This document shows, in pieces, positions 11,791-21,523 of a DNA stretch of 37,600 nucleotides; position 1 is the stretch's first letter; each line of letters starts with the position of its first letter. Origin of the DNA: Eubacteriales bacterium (GTDB lineage: Bacteria > Bacillota > Clostridia > Oscillospirales > CAG-272); the NCBI GenBank assembly GCA_045589735.1, contig JAZNPQ010000041.1, positions 1 through 37,600 of the forward strand, in the 5' to 3' direction. The notes below the pieces were generated by a model. The model searched no databases, had not been told where the DNA came from, and saw only the letters and a list, made by a program, of their open reading frames with translations. The position numbers and the translations under genes are program-made.

Positions 11791-12696
11791 ATGAAAAAAA
11801 TTATTGTTTTGGTATTGGCACTCGCCATCACGTGTATCTCGTTTGTCGGTTGTAACCGGTATTCCGACTCAAAGCCTATGAGTGAAAAACGTGTTGACAA
11901 ATTTATTGAAGCCAAGGGTGACCGAATTGAGGACGATATTAAAGATTGGGATAGCCTTGAAATGTCGATCGACATAAAGCAGACTATTGCGGGTCAAGAA
12001 ACAGATATGGTCTATAGTATGATATTTGATACTAAGTCAAAGACCTATTCTCTTGATATGTCTCAGCTCAGCGAAGAGTATGCAGAGTTTGGAACTGCGT
12101 ATCTCAAGGGAGATTATTGCTATTTCGACATGAAGGACACAGGAAAAATAAAGGTTGACCTCAGCTCCGAAATGGATCTCAGCTCCTTTATTGATTATAC
12201 GTCACAGATCGAAAATTACCTTTTCGTTTTTGAAGAAATGGACGGAGAAGAGCTTAAAGAGCTTGAGGTTGAGGTTTTCGTTACCAAGACCGATGACGAC
12301 GGCGAGCTTTACCGCTTTGAATTCAGCGAAGCATATTATGAGTATCTTCTCAAGGAAGGTCCCGCAAACGGCGCGCTTGATTCTCTCGGAGAAGAATTCG
12401 CGGCGTATGCAGATATGATAAAATACAAGAATATTGATCTTGAAGAATACATCATCTCCTTTGAATTTGACGAGGACGGCGCACTTATTGAGATCTCCGA
12501 GGAAATCGACGTTGCTTTTTCGGTTGATATGAGCAAGCTGTATGAAAGTATGGGAATAGCCGGGGAGATGCTTGAATCCATGTATGGTTCCGCAACCATG
12601 GAAATGGCTACCAAGGGTAAGAGCGTTATTCGTATGTCCGATGAAGAAATTGATATCGACGAAGATGAATATACCGAAGTAGATTTTGATTTTTAA
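11791..12696 (+). CDS. Hypothetical acidic lipoprotein
   Basis: MKKIIVL...FVGC lipobox; AAGGAGG RBS. Confidence 0.75.
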   Translation: MKKIIVLVLALAITCISFVGCNRYSDSKPMSEKRVDKFIEAKGDRIEDDIKDWDSLEMSIDIKQTIAGQETDMVYSMIFDTKSKTYSLDMSQLSEEYAEFGTAYLKGDYCYFDMKDTGKIKVDLSSEMDLSSFIDYTSQIENYLFVFEEMDGEELKELEVEVFVTKTDDDGELYRFEFSEAYYEYLLKEGPANGALDSLGEEFAAYADMIKYKNIDLEEYIISFEFDEDGALIEISEEIDVAFSVDMSKLYESMGIAGEMLESMYGSATMEMATKGKSVIRMSDEEIDIDEDEYTEVDFDF

Positions 12697-12701
12697 CATA
12701 T

Positions 12702-12738
12702 AAACAGGGTGAGTCAATTGATTTGACTCACCCTGTTT
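12702..12738. terminator. Bidirectional terminator / dispersed palindrome
   Basis: AAACAGGGTGAGTCAA...TTGACTCACCCTGTTT; same core as at 26015-26054. Confidence 0.8.
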
Positions 12739-12743
12739 GTTTT

Positions 12744-14042
12744 TTAAAATATTCCGCCGTATTTATTTATAACAGCCTTTATCTTTTCCTCATCTTTGCC
12801 CTTGTATTTGATTAAAGGATTTCCGTTATATATTCTTATCGCGGCTTCGATCGCGTGAATATTTTCGCTCTCTATCATAAACGGAATTTTTACGATACTC
12901 TGAAGCTCACCTACGGTTTCACACATCATAGATACCTCGTCAGCTCCGTCAAGCTCAACGTTTATACCGAGTATTTCGACTTCGCTTTCGACCTGCTCCA
13001 TCGCCTGCTCTATCATGTAGTCAACGTCATGTTCTCTGATAGCCGCTTCGTATTCTTCGGTTTCTGCGCCATCACTCAGCATTCCTATTACCGTCTGCTC
13101 ATTAAGCTCTACCGTCTGACAGTAGGACGACACGAGCCTTGCGTTCTTTTTTTCGTTAGGTATGTATTTTACATCCGAAACTGCCGAAACCGCCGCGGCG
13201 ATATATTCGGGAGTCGTTCCGCAGCAACCGCCGACAAGAGATGCGCCTATCTCTGCTATTTCCTTCATGTCCATGGCAAAAGAATCCACCGACAGATCGT
13301 ATACGGTTTTTCCGTCCACGGTTTTGGGCAGTCCCGCATTAGGCTTCACTATTATCGGAACAGAGGCGTATTTATTAAGCTCACGAACCACGTTTTTCAT
13401 AAGGTCGGGACCCATTCCGCAGTTCGTTCCTATAGCTGAAACGCCGAGTCCCTCACATATAGCGACCACAGATCTGACGTCCGAGCCCATCATAAGTCTT
13501 CCGTTCTTTTCGTACGCGCAAGTCGCAAAAATCGGAAGCCCACAGCTCTCCTTTGCCGCAATTATTGCCGCTTTAAGCTCGTATACGTCGGTAAAGGTCT
13601 CAAAATATATAAGGTCAACGCCTGCCTCGGCTCCTGTTTTTATGCTTTCCGAAAAAATTTTAACCGCGTCCTCGAAATCAAGATCACCGAAAGGCTTAAG
13701 CAGCTTTCCGAGTGAGCCAAGGTCAAGCGCGATGTATTTTTCACCGCCGTATTTTTTCTCTGCCGCTTTTCGCTCGGTGTCCGCAATTTTCACTGCGGCT
13801 TCTATTATCTTTTTCAGCGTTTCGCTGTCGTGCTTGAGCGCGTTCGCTCCGAACGTGTTGGTGCAAACTATATCGCTTCCCGCATCGAAATACGCCCGAT
13901 GAAGCTTTGCGACCTCCTCGGGATGAGTCAGATTCCAAGTTTCGGGTCTTTCTCCTGCTTTGAGTCCTGCCGCCGTGAGTAAAGTTCCCGTACCGCCGTC
14001 AAGTATAAGGCGGCGTTCCTTTAATATTTCGGTTTTGAACAT
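12744..14042 (-). CDS. Homocysteine S-methyltransferase (MetH N-terminal domain) with a partial pterin-binding domain
   Basis: ILDGGTGT, TNTFGAN, GTNC, PNAGLP and GGCCGTTPEYI motifs; GGAGG RBS before MFKTE. Confidence 0.88.
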   Translation of the reverse strand: MFKTEILKERRLILDGGTGTLLTAAGLKAGERPETWNLTHPEEVAKLHRAYFDAGSDIVCTNTFGANALKHDSETLKKIIEAAVKIADTERKAAEKKYGGEKYIALDLGSLGKLLKPFGDLDFEDAVKIFSESIKTGAEAGVDLIYFETFTDVYELKAAIIAAKESCGLPIFATCAYEKNGRLMMGSDVRSVVAICEGLGVSAIGTNCGMGPDLMKNVVRELNKYASVPIIVKPNAGLPKTVDGKTVYDLSVDSFAMDMKEIAEIGASLVGGCCGTTPEYIAAAVSAVSDVKYIPNEKKNARLVSSYCQTVELNEQTVIGMLSDGAETEEYEAAIREHDVDYMIEQAMEQVESEVEILGINVELDGADEVSMMCETVGELQSIVKIPFMIESENIHAIEAAIRIYNGNPLIKYKGKDEEKIKAVINKYGGIF

Positions 14043-14062
14043 ATCTATTCCTCCAAGAAATA

Positions 14063-14983
14063 TTACAGATAAAACAGCTTGACGGATTTTATCGCAGATC
14101 CGTCGGGGTATTCCCTTACCTGTCCTATCGCGAAAAATCCACAATTCTCACCCGACACACGAACAAGTGTTTCGGTCTCAAAATTTGTTCCTATCTTTTT
14201 TTGATAAATTTCACAGCCCGAGCGGAAAAGTCTTTCATAAAATTCAGGCAGTGTTACCTCGGGAAGCTCCGAAAAAAGCTCCGACAGCGGTATGATCCTC
14301 GAAACTCTTTCGTTTTCGTCAAGAGCCGTAAGCTCATCTACCGTCATGGCTTCTTCTATGGGAAATCCGCACGCCGCACGGCGTTCAAGTGCCGCCATCG
14401 CTCCGCCGCATCCGAGCTTTTTGCCGATATCGGCGCAAAGCGTTCTTATATACGTGCCGCCCGAGCATTCAACGTCGAGCACGTATTCCTCTTTTCTGTC
14501 GGTCTCTTTACATTCGAGCGAAAACACCGTTATAGGTCTTGCTTTTCTCTCGACCTCGCCGCCTCGCCTTGCAATATCGACAAGCTTTTGACCGTTTACC
14601 TTGAGTGCACTGTACATCGGAGGAACCTGCATTACTTCACCGACAAACTCACGGCAGACCTCAAAGACCCTGTATTTGTCGGGTATTGTGTCTGTACTTG
14701 TGAGTATATTTCCGGTGGTATCCTCCGTGTCGGTCGTAATACCCAGCTTCAGCTTTGCGCGGTAGGTCTTTCTGTCCGACGGTACAAGCTCCGCCGCTTT
14801 CGCGGCTCTGCCGACAAGCACAACAAGCACACCCGTCGGCATTGGGTCGAGTGTGCCCGTGTGTCCGACGCGCTTCGTTCCGTAAAGCCGTCTTATTTTA
14901 TTTACTATATCAAGTGACGTACACCCTGCGTGCTTATTTACTATAAGAAGTCCGCAGGGCTCGTCTATTAAAATCTCACCCAT
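14063..14983 (-). CDS. truB: tRNA pseudouridine(55) synthase
   Basis: GHTGTLDP, QVPPMYSALKVNG, CSGGTYIRTL. Confidence 0.97.
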   Translation of the reverse strand: MGEILIDEPCGLLIVNKHAGCTSLDIVNKIRRLYGTKRVGHTGTLDPMPTGVLVVLVGRAAKAAELVPSDRKTYRAKLKLGITTDTEDTTGNILTSTDTIPDKYRVFEVCREFVGEVMQVPPMYSALKVNGQKLVDIARRGGEVERKARPITVFSLECKETDRKEEYVLDVECSGGTYIRTLCADIGKKLGCGGAMAALERRAACGFPIEEAMTVDELTALDENERVSRIIPLSELFSELPEVTLPEFYERLFRSGCEIYQKKIGTNFETETLVRVSGENCGFFAIGQVREYPDGSAIKSVKLFYL

Positions 14984-15609
14984 GCCGAATATATGGGCTT
15001 ACCCTCTGCCGTGAAATGCGCCTCGTATTCAGTCATTACGTTTTCTGCGGCAAGGTCGGTTGAGTGAAGGTCTCTCGTTTCCATTTCTATTTTGAGTCCC
15101 GCCTCACGGTACTGCTCAAGTGAAAAATCAAAAAGTCCCTCGTTGTCGGTCTTCTGCTTTAAAAGTCCGCCCGGTACAAGTATCTCTCTGTACTGTTCAA
15201 GAAACGTTTTATATGTAAGGCGTCTCTTGCTGTGTCCTTTTTTGGGCCACGGATCCGAGAAATTCAGATAGATGCACTCTACGCTGTGAGGCGCGAAGTA
15301 CTCTGTCAGATGTGACGCGTCGGCAATAAAGAATCTTAAATTGTCGGGACGGTTATCCGCGCTTTCCTTGCAGCGTTCAAGTCCGACACAAGCCGCATCA
15401 GCCGAGCGCTCCATGGCGACAAGGTTGAAATCCGAATATTTTTCGGTCATTTTGCAGGCAAATCCGCCCTTACCCGCGCCTATTTCAAGGTGCAAAGGAC
15501 GCGACACATTAAAATACTCCGAGATTGCCTTTTCGGGCGGGTTCGGTATTAAAAACTCTCCGCACGCTGCTATCCTTTCGGCGCCGTGCTTTTTCTTTCT
15601 CATTCTCAT
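14968..15609 (-). CDS. trmB: tRNA (guanine-N7)-methyltransferase
   Basis: MRMRKK, LEIGAGKG, LNFSDPWPKKGHSKRRLT, KTD, TEYE. Confidence 0.97.
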   Translation of the reverse strand: MRMRKKKHGAERIAACGEFLIPNPPEKAISEYFNVSRPLHLEIGAGKGGFACKMTEKYSDFNLVAMERSADAACVGLERCKESADNRPDNLRFFIADASHLTEYFAPHSVECIYLNFSDPWPKKGHSKRRLTYKTFLEQYREILVPGGLLKQKTDNEGLFDFSLEQYREAGLKIEMETRDLHSTDLAAENVMTEYEAHFTAEGKPIYSAWVRF

Positions 15610-15704
15610 TTTTTGTTTTTCCTGTTTGATTTAATTTTTAGTTTTTATTGACTTTTAACGTAAGCTGTGCTAAAATGTACTAAAACATTAGGAGGTAGGT
15701 AACT

Positions 15705-16325
15705 ATGAATATCAGAAATTCTCAAATAAGATCACAAGCTCGGGCTATGCTTGGAAATAAGATTTTTTCGAATTGCTGGCTAATGGCTGTCGTTATATTT
15801 TTTATAGCGTTGGCTATTCAGTCTCATATTCAATTCGCGTCTATCATCTTATCGGGCCCTATTTCGGTTGGTATAGCATTCGTGTTTTTAAAACTTGTCA
15901 GATTCGGTGAAGAGATAACGTTGGAAAACGCATTTAACGGAGTCAAGAAAAATATCAGCGATAACATCCTTTTAGGTCTTATTTACAATGTCTTTATTAT
16001 CCTTTGGTCTTTACTTTTCGTAATACCCGGCATTATTAAAAGCTATTCCTACAGTATGTGCTTTTACATAAAGAACGATCATCCCGAATATGATTGGAAA
16101 AAGTGTCTTGACGAAAGCAAGAAAATGATGGACGGCAATAAGTGGAAGCTTTTCTGTCTTGACCTCAGCTTTATCGGATGGATAATCGTAGGTTTCTTGT
16201 GTTTGGGTATCGGTACTCTCTGGGTGTCTGCATATATAAATGCGTCTCACGCAATTTTTTATAATGAGCTCAAAGGTTCTGATCCCGTGTCCGAATCTAC
16301 TGAAAACGCAAACGATATAGGATAA
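15705..16325 (+). CDS. DUF975-family membrane protein
   Basis: LWSLLFVIPGIIKSYSYSM and SKKMMDGNKWKLFCLDLSFIGW signature. Confidence 0.9.
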   Translation: MNIRNSQIRSQARAMLGNKIFSNCWLMAVVIFFIALAIQSHIQFASIILSGPISVGIAFVFLKLVRFGEEITLENAFNGVKKNISDNILLGLIYNVFIILWSLLFVIPGIIKSYSYSMCFYIKNDHPEYDWKKCLDESKKMMDGNKWKLFCLDLSFIGWIIVGFLCLGIGTLWVSAYINASHAIFYNELKGSDPVSESTENANDIG

Positions 16326-16377
16326 ATTTCTCTTTACTGTCAACACAGCTACACTCTATTGTGTAGCTGTGCTTTTT

Positions 16378-17472
16378 TTACACATTGAATCTAAAGAGAA
16401 CAATGTCTCCGTCCTTCATTACGTATTCCTTACCTTCACTTCTGACAAGTCCCTTGTCCTTTGCGGATGTCATGCTTCCGCACTCGATAAGGTCATCGTA
16501 GGCTACGACCTCGGCTCTGATAAATCCGCGCTCAAAGTCGGAATGTATCTTTCCTGCCGCCTGGGGCGCTTTTGTGCCTTTTGTTATCGTCCAAGCACGT
16601 ACCTCTTCGGGACCTGCGGTCAAATAGCTTATCAGCCCGAGAAGTGCATAGCTTGCCTTAATGAGTTTGTCAAGTCCACTCTCTGCAATTCCCATGTCTT
16701 CGAGGAACATTGCCTTTTCCTCGCCCTCAAGCTCGGCGATCTCCGCTTCGATTCCGGCGCATACCGCAATGACAGCTGAACGCTCGGTATCAGCAAACGC
16801 CTTGACCTTCATATATGCTTCGTTATCCGTCGGCTCCGATGCTACCTCGTCCTCACTTACGTTTGCAACGTATATGACGGGCTTCATAGTAAGAAGGGGC
16901 GTGTCGTGGAGAACTGCAAGCTCGTCCTCTGTAAGCTCCATGGTTCTCGCGCATTTACCATCCTCAAGAACCCCGTATATTCTCTCAAAAAGCTCAAGCT
17001 CCGAGGAAAGACCCTTGTCGCCCTTCATTGCCTTTTTGGTTCTGTCGATACGGCGCTCGACCATTTCCATATCGGAGAAAATAAGCTCCATATTAATGGT
17101 CTCAAGGTCACGCATGGGATCGACCGAGCCGTCAACGTGTATGATATTATCGTCCTCAAAGCAACGTACAACGTGAACGATCGCGTCACACTCTCTTATA
17201 TTTGAAAGGAATTTGTTTCCGAGGCCTTCGCCCTTGGATGCGCCCTTGACAAGTCCCGCTATGTCAACGAACTGAATAATTGCGGGAGTATATTTTTTAG
17301 GGTCGTACATCTTTGCGAGTACGTCAAGACGGCTGTCGGGAACCGTTACAACACCGACATTCGGCTCAATAGTACAAAAAGGATAGTTTGCCGACTCAGC
17401 GCCCGCATTTGTCAGCGCGTTAAAAAGTGTTGACTTACCGACGTTCGGAAGTCCTACGATACCAAGTTTCAT
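16378..17472 (-). CDS. ychF: Redox-regulated ATPase YchF (start MKLGIVG)
   Basis: GIVGLPNVGKSTLFNALT, NYPFCTIEPN, DIAGLVKGAS, IHSDFERGFIRAEV. Confidence 0.98.
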   Translation of the reverse strand: MKLGIVGLPNVGKSTLFNALTNAGAESANYPFCTIEPNVGVVTVPDSRLDVLAKMYDPKKYTPAIIQFVDIAGLVKGASKGEGLGNKFLSNIRECDAIVHVVRCFEDDNIIHVDGSVDPMRDLETINMELIFSDMEMVERRIDRTKKAMKGDKGLSSELELFERIYGVLEDGKCARTMELTEDELAVLHDTPLLTMKPVIYVANVSEDEVASEPTDNEAYMKVKAFADTERSAVIAVCAGIEAEIAELEGEEKAMFLEDMGIAESGLDKLIKASYALLGLISYLTAGPEEVRAWTITKGTKAPQAAGKIHSDFERGFIRAEVVAYDDLIECGSMTSAKDKGLVRSEGKEYVMKDGDIVLFRFNV

Positions 17473-17740
17473 TGTTTTTATTCCTGCTTTCTCTAAAAAA
17501 TGCGCATAATAATCTATTATAAATACATTATAATATATTTTCATTGATTTTTCAAGGGGTGTTTGAGAATTTAAGGTAAGTTAAGGTAAGAAAAAGCCGC
17601 TATCGCGGCGTGTTTAATCACGCTTTAATAACGGCTATACAATATTCATTTTGGCAAATCAATAATTATGCTTATTAAAGAGCAAGGGTATTACAGTAGT
17701 GGGGATTTCCAAAAATCTTTCAAGAAATCCTTTTATTCTC

Positions 17741-17769
17741 TTGAATTCTATATAACTTTGTGGTATAAT
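17741..17769 (+). promoter_or_regulatory. Sigma-A promoter of the islet gene and its leader RNA
   Basis: TTGAAT-17bp-TATAAT with extended TG. Confidence 0.7.
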
Positions 17770-17773
17770 GTAC

Positions 17774-17932
17774 TCGTCACACAAGTTCATATTATTTTAT
17801 CCGTAGGGAAAACTATCTTGGTAAAAGGTGTTTTCTCTCTTTGCTCATATCTACGGATAAGTGAGCTTGTGTGACGACAATGAGGGATTGCGCTTTTTCG
17901 GTGCGTTCCTCTCGGAGCGCACTTTTTATTTT
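17774..17932 (+). ncRNA. Putative structured 5' leader / attenuator RNA
   Basis: Nested stems 17774-17790/17861-17877 and 17797-17807/17850-17860; terminator-like hairpin 17901-17922 plus U tract before the RBS. Confidence 0.55.
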
Positions 17933-17945
17933 GGAGGAAGCATTT

Positions 17946-18956
17946 ATGAACTACAATCAAAATTATAATTACAGTCAAACTAACAAAACTCGTAACAAAA
18001 AGACAATTGTTATTGTGTTCGTTATTGTTGTGGCAGTTTTAGGAATCATAATAAGTAATATTATAGGCAATAGTGAAAACATGCAATCCGAAGAAACTAC
18101 CAATACGGATACCAATAATAATTTTTATGTTGGTGAAACAATGAACTATGACAACATTGATGTTACGGTAGACTCAATTTCCGAGACACAATATTCTCTG
18201 TCTTCAAATAATGAAAATGGGTACATCATAAAAGTGACCTTTACTTTAAAAAACAACGGAACGGAAGAGTTTTCGGTTGACGATGATTGTTTTGACCTTA
18301 GGACAGAAGATAAAAACGAGAGATATACTACTGAACAATTTTTATTTTATAGATCAATCATTGCGGGAGGGCAAGAAACATTTTGGTTACAATTTAAAGT
18401 TCCTTATTCAATGACTGAAAAAAATTATATCATGTATTTCGATTGGGGCTTTTTGCATACTGAACAAGCATACCATTTATATAACAGAGATGGTACTGCT
18501 GCAATAACAAAGCAGGAAGAAGCTGATGAAAACATCGATACAAATAATAAAGAGAAATATGAGAATATTTTTTCTGGTGGTTGCCCCGTGAATGTAAATG
18601 CTACATATCGTACTTCCTCTCAAGTATTATCTATACGTGCCAACAATCAAAGTAAAAAAACAATAGTTGCAATTAAGTATTTGATAGTTGTTTATGATGT
18701 CTATGGCGAAGTGTTACAAAAATATGATTACGGTGCTTCTTCATTAACTGCGACATATGATAAATTTAGCATAAACCCTGGTAGTGAAAGATTAGGAGAA
18801 TGGGAATTAAGTGGTTTTTCTGACGGCAAGTCAGTAGATATTTATGTGTTTAGTGTGTTGTATGATGATAATACTGAATGGGGCAGCAAGGATTTATCAG
18901 TAACTGATATAAAAAATTATGCACCCAAAACACATGTGACCGGTAGCTATTCTTAA
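17946..18956 (+). CDS. Membrane-anchored two-domain protein, DUF4352-like; AT-rich
   Basis: N-terminal TM helix; FYVGETMNY..VTV..IIKVTFTLKNNG pattern; GGAGG RBS. Confidence 0.7.
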   Translation: MNYNQNYNYSQTNKTRNKKTIVIVFVIVVAVLGIIISNIIGNSENMQSEETTNTDTNNNFYVGETMNYDNIDVTVDSISETQYSLSSNNENGYIIKVTFTLKNNGTEEFSVDDDCFDLRTEDKNERYTTEQFLFYRSIIAGGQETFWLQFKVPYSMTEKNYIMYFDWGFLHTEQAYHLYNRDGTAAITKQEEADENIDTNNKEKYENIFSGGCPVNVNATYRTSSQVLSIRANNQSKKTIVAIKYLIVVYDVYGEVLQKYDYGASSLTATYDKFSINPGSERLGEWELSGFSDGKSVDIYVFSVLYDDNTEWGSKDLSVTDIKNYAPKTHVTGSYS

Positions 18957-19082
18957 TACATCAACAAATCATAGCACCATCAAACAGTTTCCATATTTGT
19001 ATTGATTGCCTTGTTGTCTGAACAATAATGATACAAAGGATAAACTGCAAATTATTAAAATAAATTATGCCGAAAAAATCGG

Positions 19083-19112
19083 AAGGAGCAGGACATTGTC
19101 TTCTGCTCCTTT
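19083..19112. terminator. Terminator between convergent islet genes
   Basis: AAGGAGCAGGA...TCTTCTGCTCCTTT hairpin. Confidence 0.55.
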
Positions 19113-19170
19113 TATACTTTGTATAGTCTTAAAAAAGTATGTAAAATGCCTGTTTGATTTCATATTCACA

Positions 19171-20214
19171 TTATTTTCTAACCGGTAATTTCGACTTTCT
19201 TGTTGAACAGTTGAATCCGCATTGAGTTAAATAATCGTTTGTCGTGCTTATGATGCTTTCGTTATCGATAAATGGGCTTATTAATACTTCTTCCAAATAC
19301 GAAGTTCCATTTTCTACTATAAGGTCGATGTAAGGAATAGGCATTCCATTCTGCGTTCTATATTTTATACTTGGCATTTGATTTTTTAACAGTTCTGGTT
19401 TATTATAAGGCAAATAGAAAACAAATCTATATTCCTGTTCGGAAGAATAGCACTCATGTTTAAATTGAAATTGGAAATTCTTTAGTGCATACTGTATGAA
19501 TCCTTTAGATGCTTGATTTTTTTCGCTTTCTGATTGGTCGGAGTTTTGATAGGCGGAAAAGGCATCAACAATAATGTCTCTTAAAATTTGAAGCTTTTCT
19601 GAATCTTTGTAAATTACTTTATATGATTTAATTAAACTAAATATTGCATCTTCTTGGTAGTCGGAATACTCATAACTTTTGTATTTATCAAAAAGCAACG
19701 AATAACACTTTAATCCATAACCGCCATTACCTTTAGAATAATATCTCCACATGTCAAGGGAATCTTCTTTTAAAGAGAAGCTGCATATGAATGCGTGGCA
19801 TGAAACACAATCCAATACACTTTCATGAACATAATCTTCACGTGAGGGAATGGGAAAATTAACAAATTGACGATCTGGGATTTCTGCGTTATTTATAGCA
19901 TCATAAAAAGATTGAGAAATAGTTTTTTGCTGAAGAAGTTCAGCACACATTTGACGAAACAAGAATAAAATATGATTTCCCTCCGAAGTATCATTCAAAC
20001 AATCACTTCTTGTAAACCAAAAGTGAAGTTGCCCGTGCTCTTTGGGCTCGTTTCTTATGATACCCATCAGACCATCTGCACTTGTATAGTGCCATAACTT
20101 GAAAAAATGGGTATGTGTTTCATTATAATAATGTTTTTTATACAGATCTTTGAAATTAAGAATAGGGGCATTTACCATTTGCGATTGCATTTTATTTGTT
20201 TCTGTCATTTTCAT
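19171..20214 (-). CDS. DUF2971-like protein; AT-rich
   Basis: HYTSADG, LNDxSEG, CSFS..DSLDMWRYY and FKHxxYxxEQEYR motifs. Confidence 0.75.
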   Translation of the reverse strand: MKMTETNKMQSQMVNAPILNFKDLYKKHYYNETHTHFFKLWHYTSADGLMGIIRNEPKEHGQLHFWFTRSDCLNDTSEGNHILFLFRQMCAELLQQKTISQSFYDAINNAEIPDRQFVNFPIPSREDYVHESVLDCVSCHAFICSFSLKEDSLDMWRYYSKGNGGYGLKCYSLLFDKYKSYEYSDYQEDAIFSLIKSYKVIYKDSEKLQILRDIIVDAFSAYQNSDQSESEKNQASKGFIQYALKNFQFQFKHECYSSEQEYRFVFYLPYNKPELLKNQMPSIKYRTQNGMPIPYIDLIVENGTSYLEEVLISPFIDNESIISTTNDYLTQCGFNCSTRKSKLPVRK

Positions 20215-20223
20215 TCTCCGCTA

Positions 20224-21273
20224 TTAAAGATTTTTCATATACCTCGAATTTCTTCCGTCGCCGATTTTCTTAATGCTTCCGTTTTTTACCATCTGACCGA
20301 GGACTGCTTCCACGGTGGTGGGACTGACGTCGGGGAGAATCTTACAGATTTCTGACTTGGAGATTGGTATCAAACTATTAAGAACTGTGGCTTCGACACG
20401 GCTTTTCTTGGTGATCTTCTTGCCGTTGACGATAGCAAAACGCTTGTCAAGCTCCTTATAGCACATATAAAGCGTAGAGAGGAAGTTTTCGATGAAGGGG
20501 AAATAGTCGTTTTCGTTCGTATCCCATCCGTCCGAGGATTGCTTCAATGCCTCGTAATAGAAACCCTTGTAGTTGTTGATCTGTTCCTCGAAGGAAACAT
20601 ATTTACCCGCGTCAAATCCATTTTTATAAAGCAAGAGAAGTGAGAGCAGACGAGATAGTCTTCCGTTTCCGTCACGGAATGGGTGTATGCACAGAAAATC
20701 AAGAATCACGCAGGGGATCAGCAAAAGCTGGTTGATATTTGCATCATTTCTCGCGTCAAGATAGGCAAGCTCAAGCTGTTCCATCGCTTGCTTAACCTCG
20801 CGAGCGGGCGTGGGGCGGAAGCGAATGCGACGGTTTCCGTCGGCATCGACTTCCAAAATGACGTTATCATCGGTCTTATATTTGCCGCCAAATTCATATC
20901 CCGCAATCGACATCATCGTTTCGTGCAAACGGAGAATATCGCCCTCGCGGAAGTCGATATATTCGTGTCCCGTGTGAATGGCATTCAGCGCGTCGCGGTA
21001 TCCCGCTATCTCCGCCTCATTATGATTGAGAGGTGCGCTGGTGCCGCTGACGATTGCGGCAATTCTGTCGTCGCTCGTTACGATACCCTCAATGGCATTT
21101 GAACTTTTGACCGACTGTATTTTTGCAACCGCTTCAAGTTCGGTGAATATCTTGGCGTATTCATCTTTGCGAACACCCGCCATTGTTTTCAATTCTGTAA
21201 TGCCCGCAGTTAGATTGACGAGCCGAGCGGGGAGCAGACCGTTATTCAAAAAAGAGTAATCAAATTTTCTCAT
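20224..21273 (-). CDS. Fic-domain protein (class II) with C-terminal winged HTH
   Basis: HPFRDGNGRLSR catalytic motif; SSNAIEG inhibitory (S/T)xxxE(G/N) helix; C-terminal ISKSEICKILPDVSPTTVE...IGDGRNSRY. Confidence 0.92.
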   Translation of the reverse strand: MRKFDYSFLNNGLLPARLVNLTAGITELKTMAGVRKDEYAKIFTELEAVAKIQSVKSSNAIEGIVTSDDRIAAIVSGTSAPLNHNEAEIAGYRDALNAIHTGHEYIDFREGDILRLHETMMSIAGYEFGGKYKTDDNVILEVDADGNRRIRFRPTPAREVKQAMEQLELAYLDARNDANINQLLLIPCVILDFLCIHPFRDGNGRLSRLLSLLLLYKNGFDAGKYVSFEEQINNYKGFYYEALKQSSDGWDTNENDYFPFIENFLSTLYMCYKELDKRFAIVNGKKITKKSRVEATVLNSLIPISKSEICKILPDVSPTTVEAVLGQMVKNGSIKKIGDGRNSRYMKNL

Positions 21274-21289
21274 ATTCATTCCTCCATAT

Positions 21290-21373
21290 CTGCATATAGT
21301 ATACCACAAAATATGCAGTTTGTCAAGCAAATGGCGAAGTTTCTTTGCACATAAATTTTCAAACAATATGCAA
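21290..21373 (-). promoter_or_regulatory. fic promoter with two putative palindromic operators
   Basis: TTGACA(21326-21321)-17-TATACT(21303-21298); CTGCATAT-N13-ATATGCAG (21290-21318) and TTGCACAT-N13-ATATGCAA (21345-21373). Confidence 0.65.
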
Positions 21374-21412
21374 ATAGGGCATACAAATCGTTTAAATTTG
21401 TACGCCCTGTTT
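21372..21412 (-). terminator. Probable queA terminator
   Basis: AAATAGGGCATACAAAT...ATTTGTACGCCCTGTTT imperfect inverted repeat. Confidence 0.55.
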
Positions 21413-21523
21413 TTCTTTTATTCTATGAACTGTATGCGATATAAGAAAATTTGAATGTTGGTTAGTAGGAATTGTCGTAGACGAGGCGTAATGGCACGAG
21501 CGAGATGAAGCCTATACGGTAAT

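Noticed and set aside
12855-14917. Long + strand ORFs (194, 246, 238 aa)
   Set aside because: Antisense to well-supported methyltransferase and truB genes.
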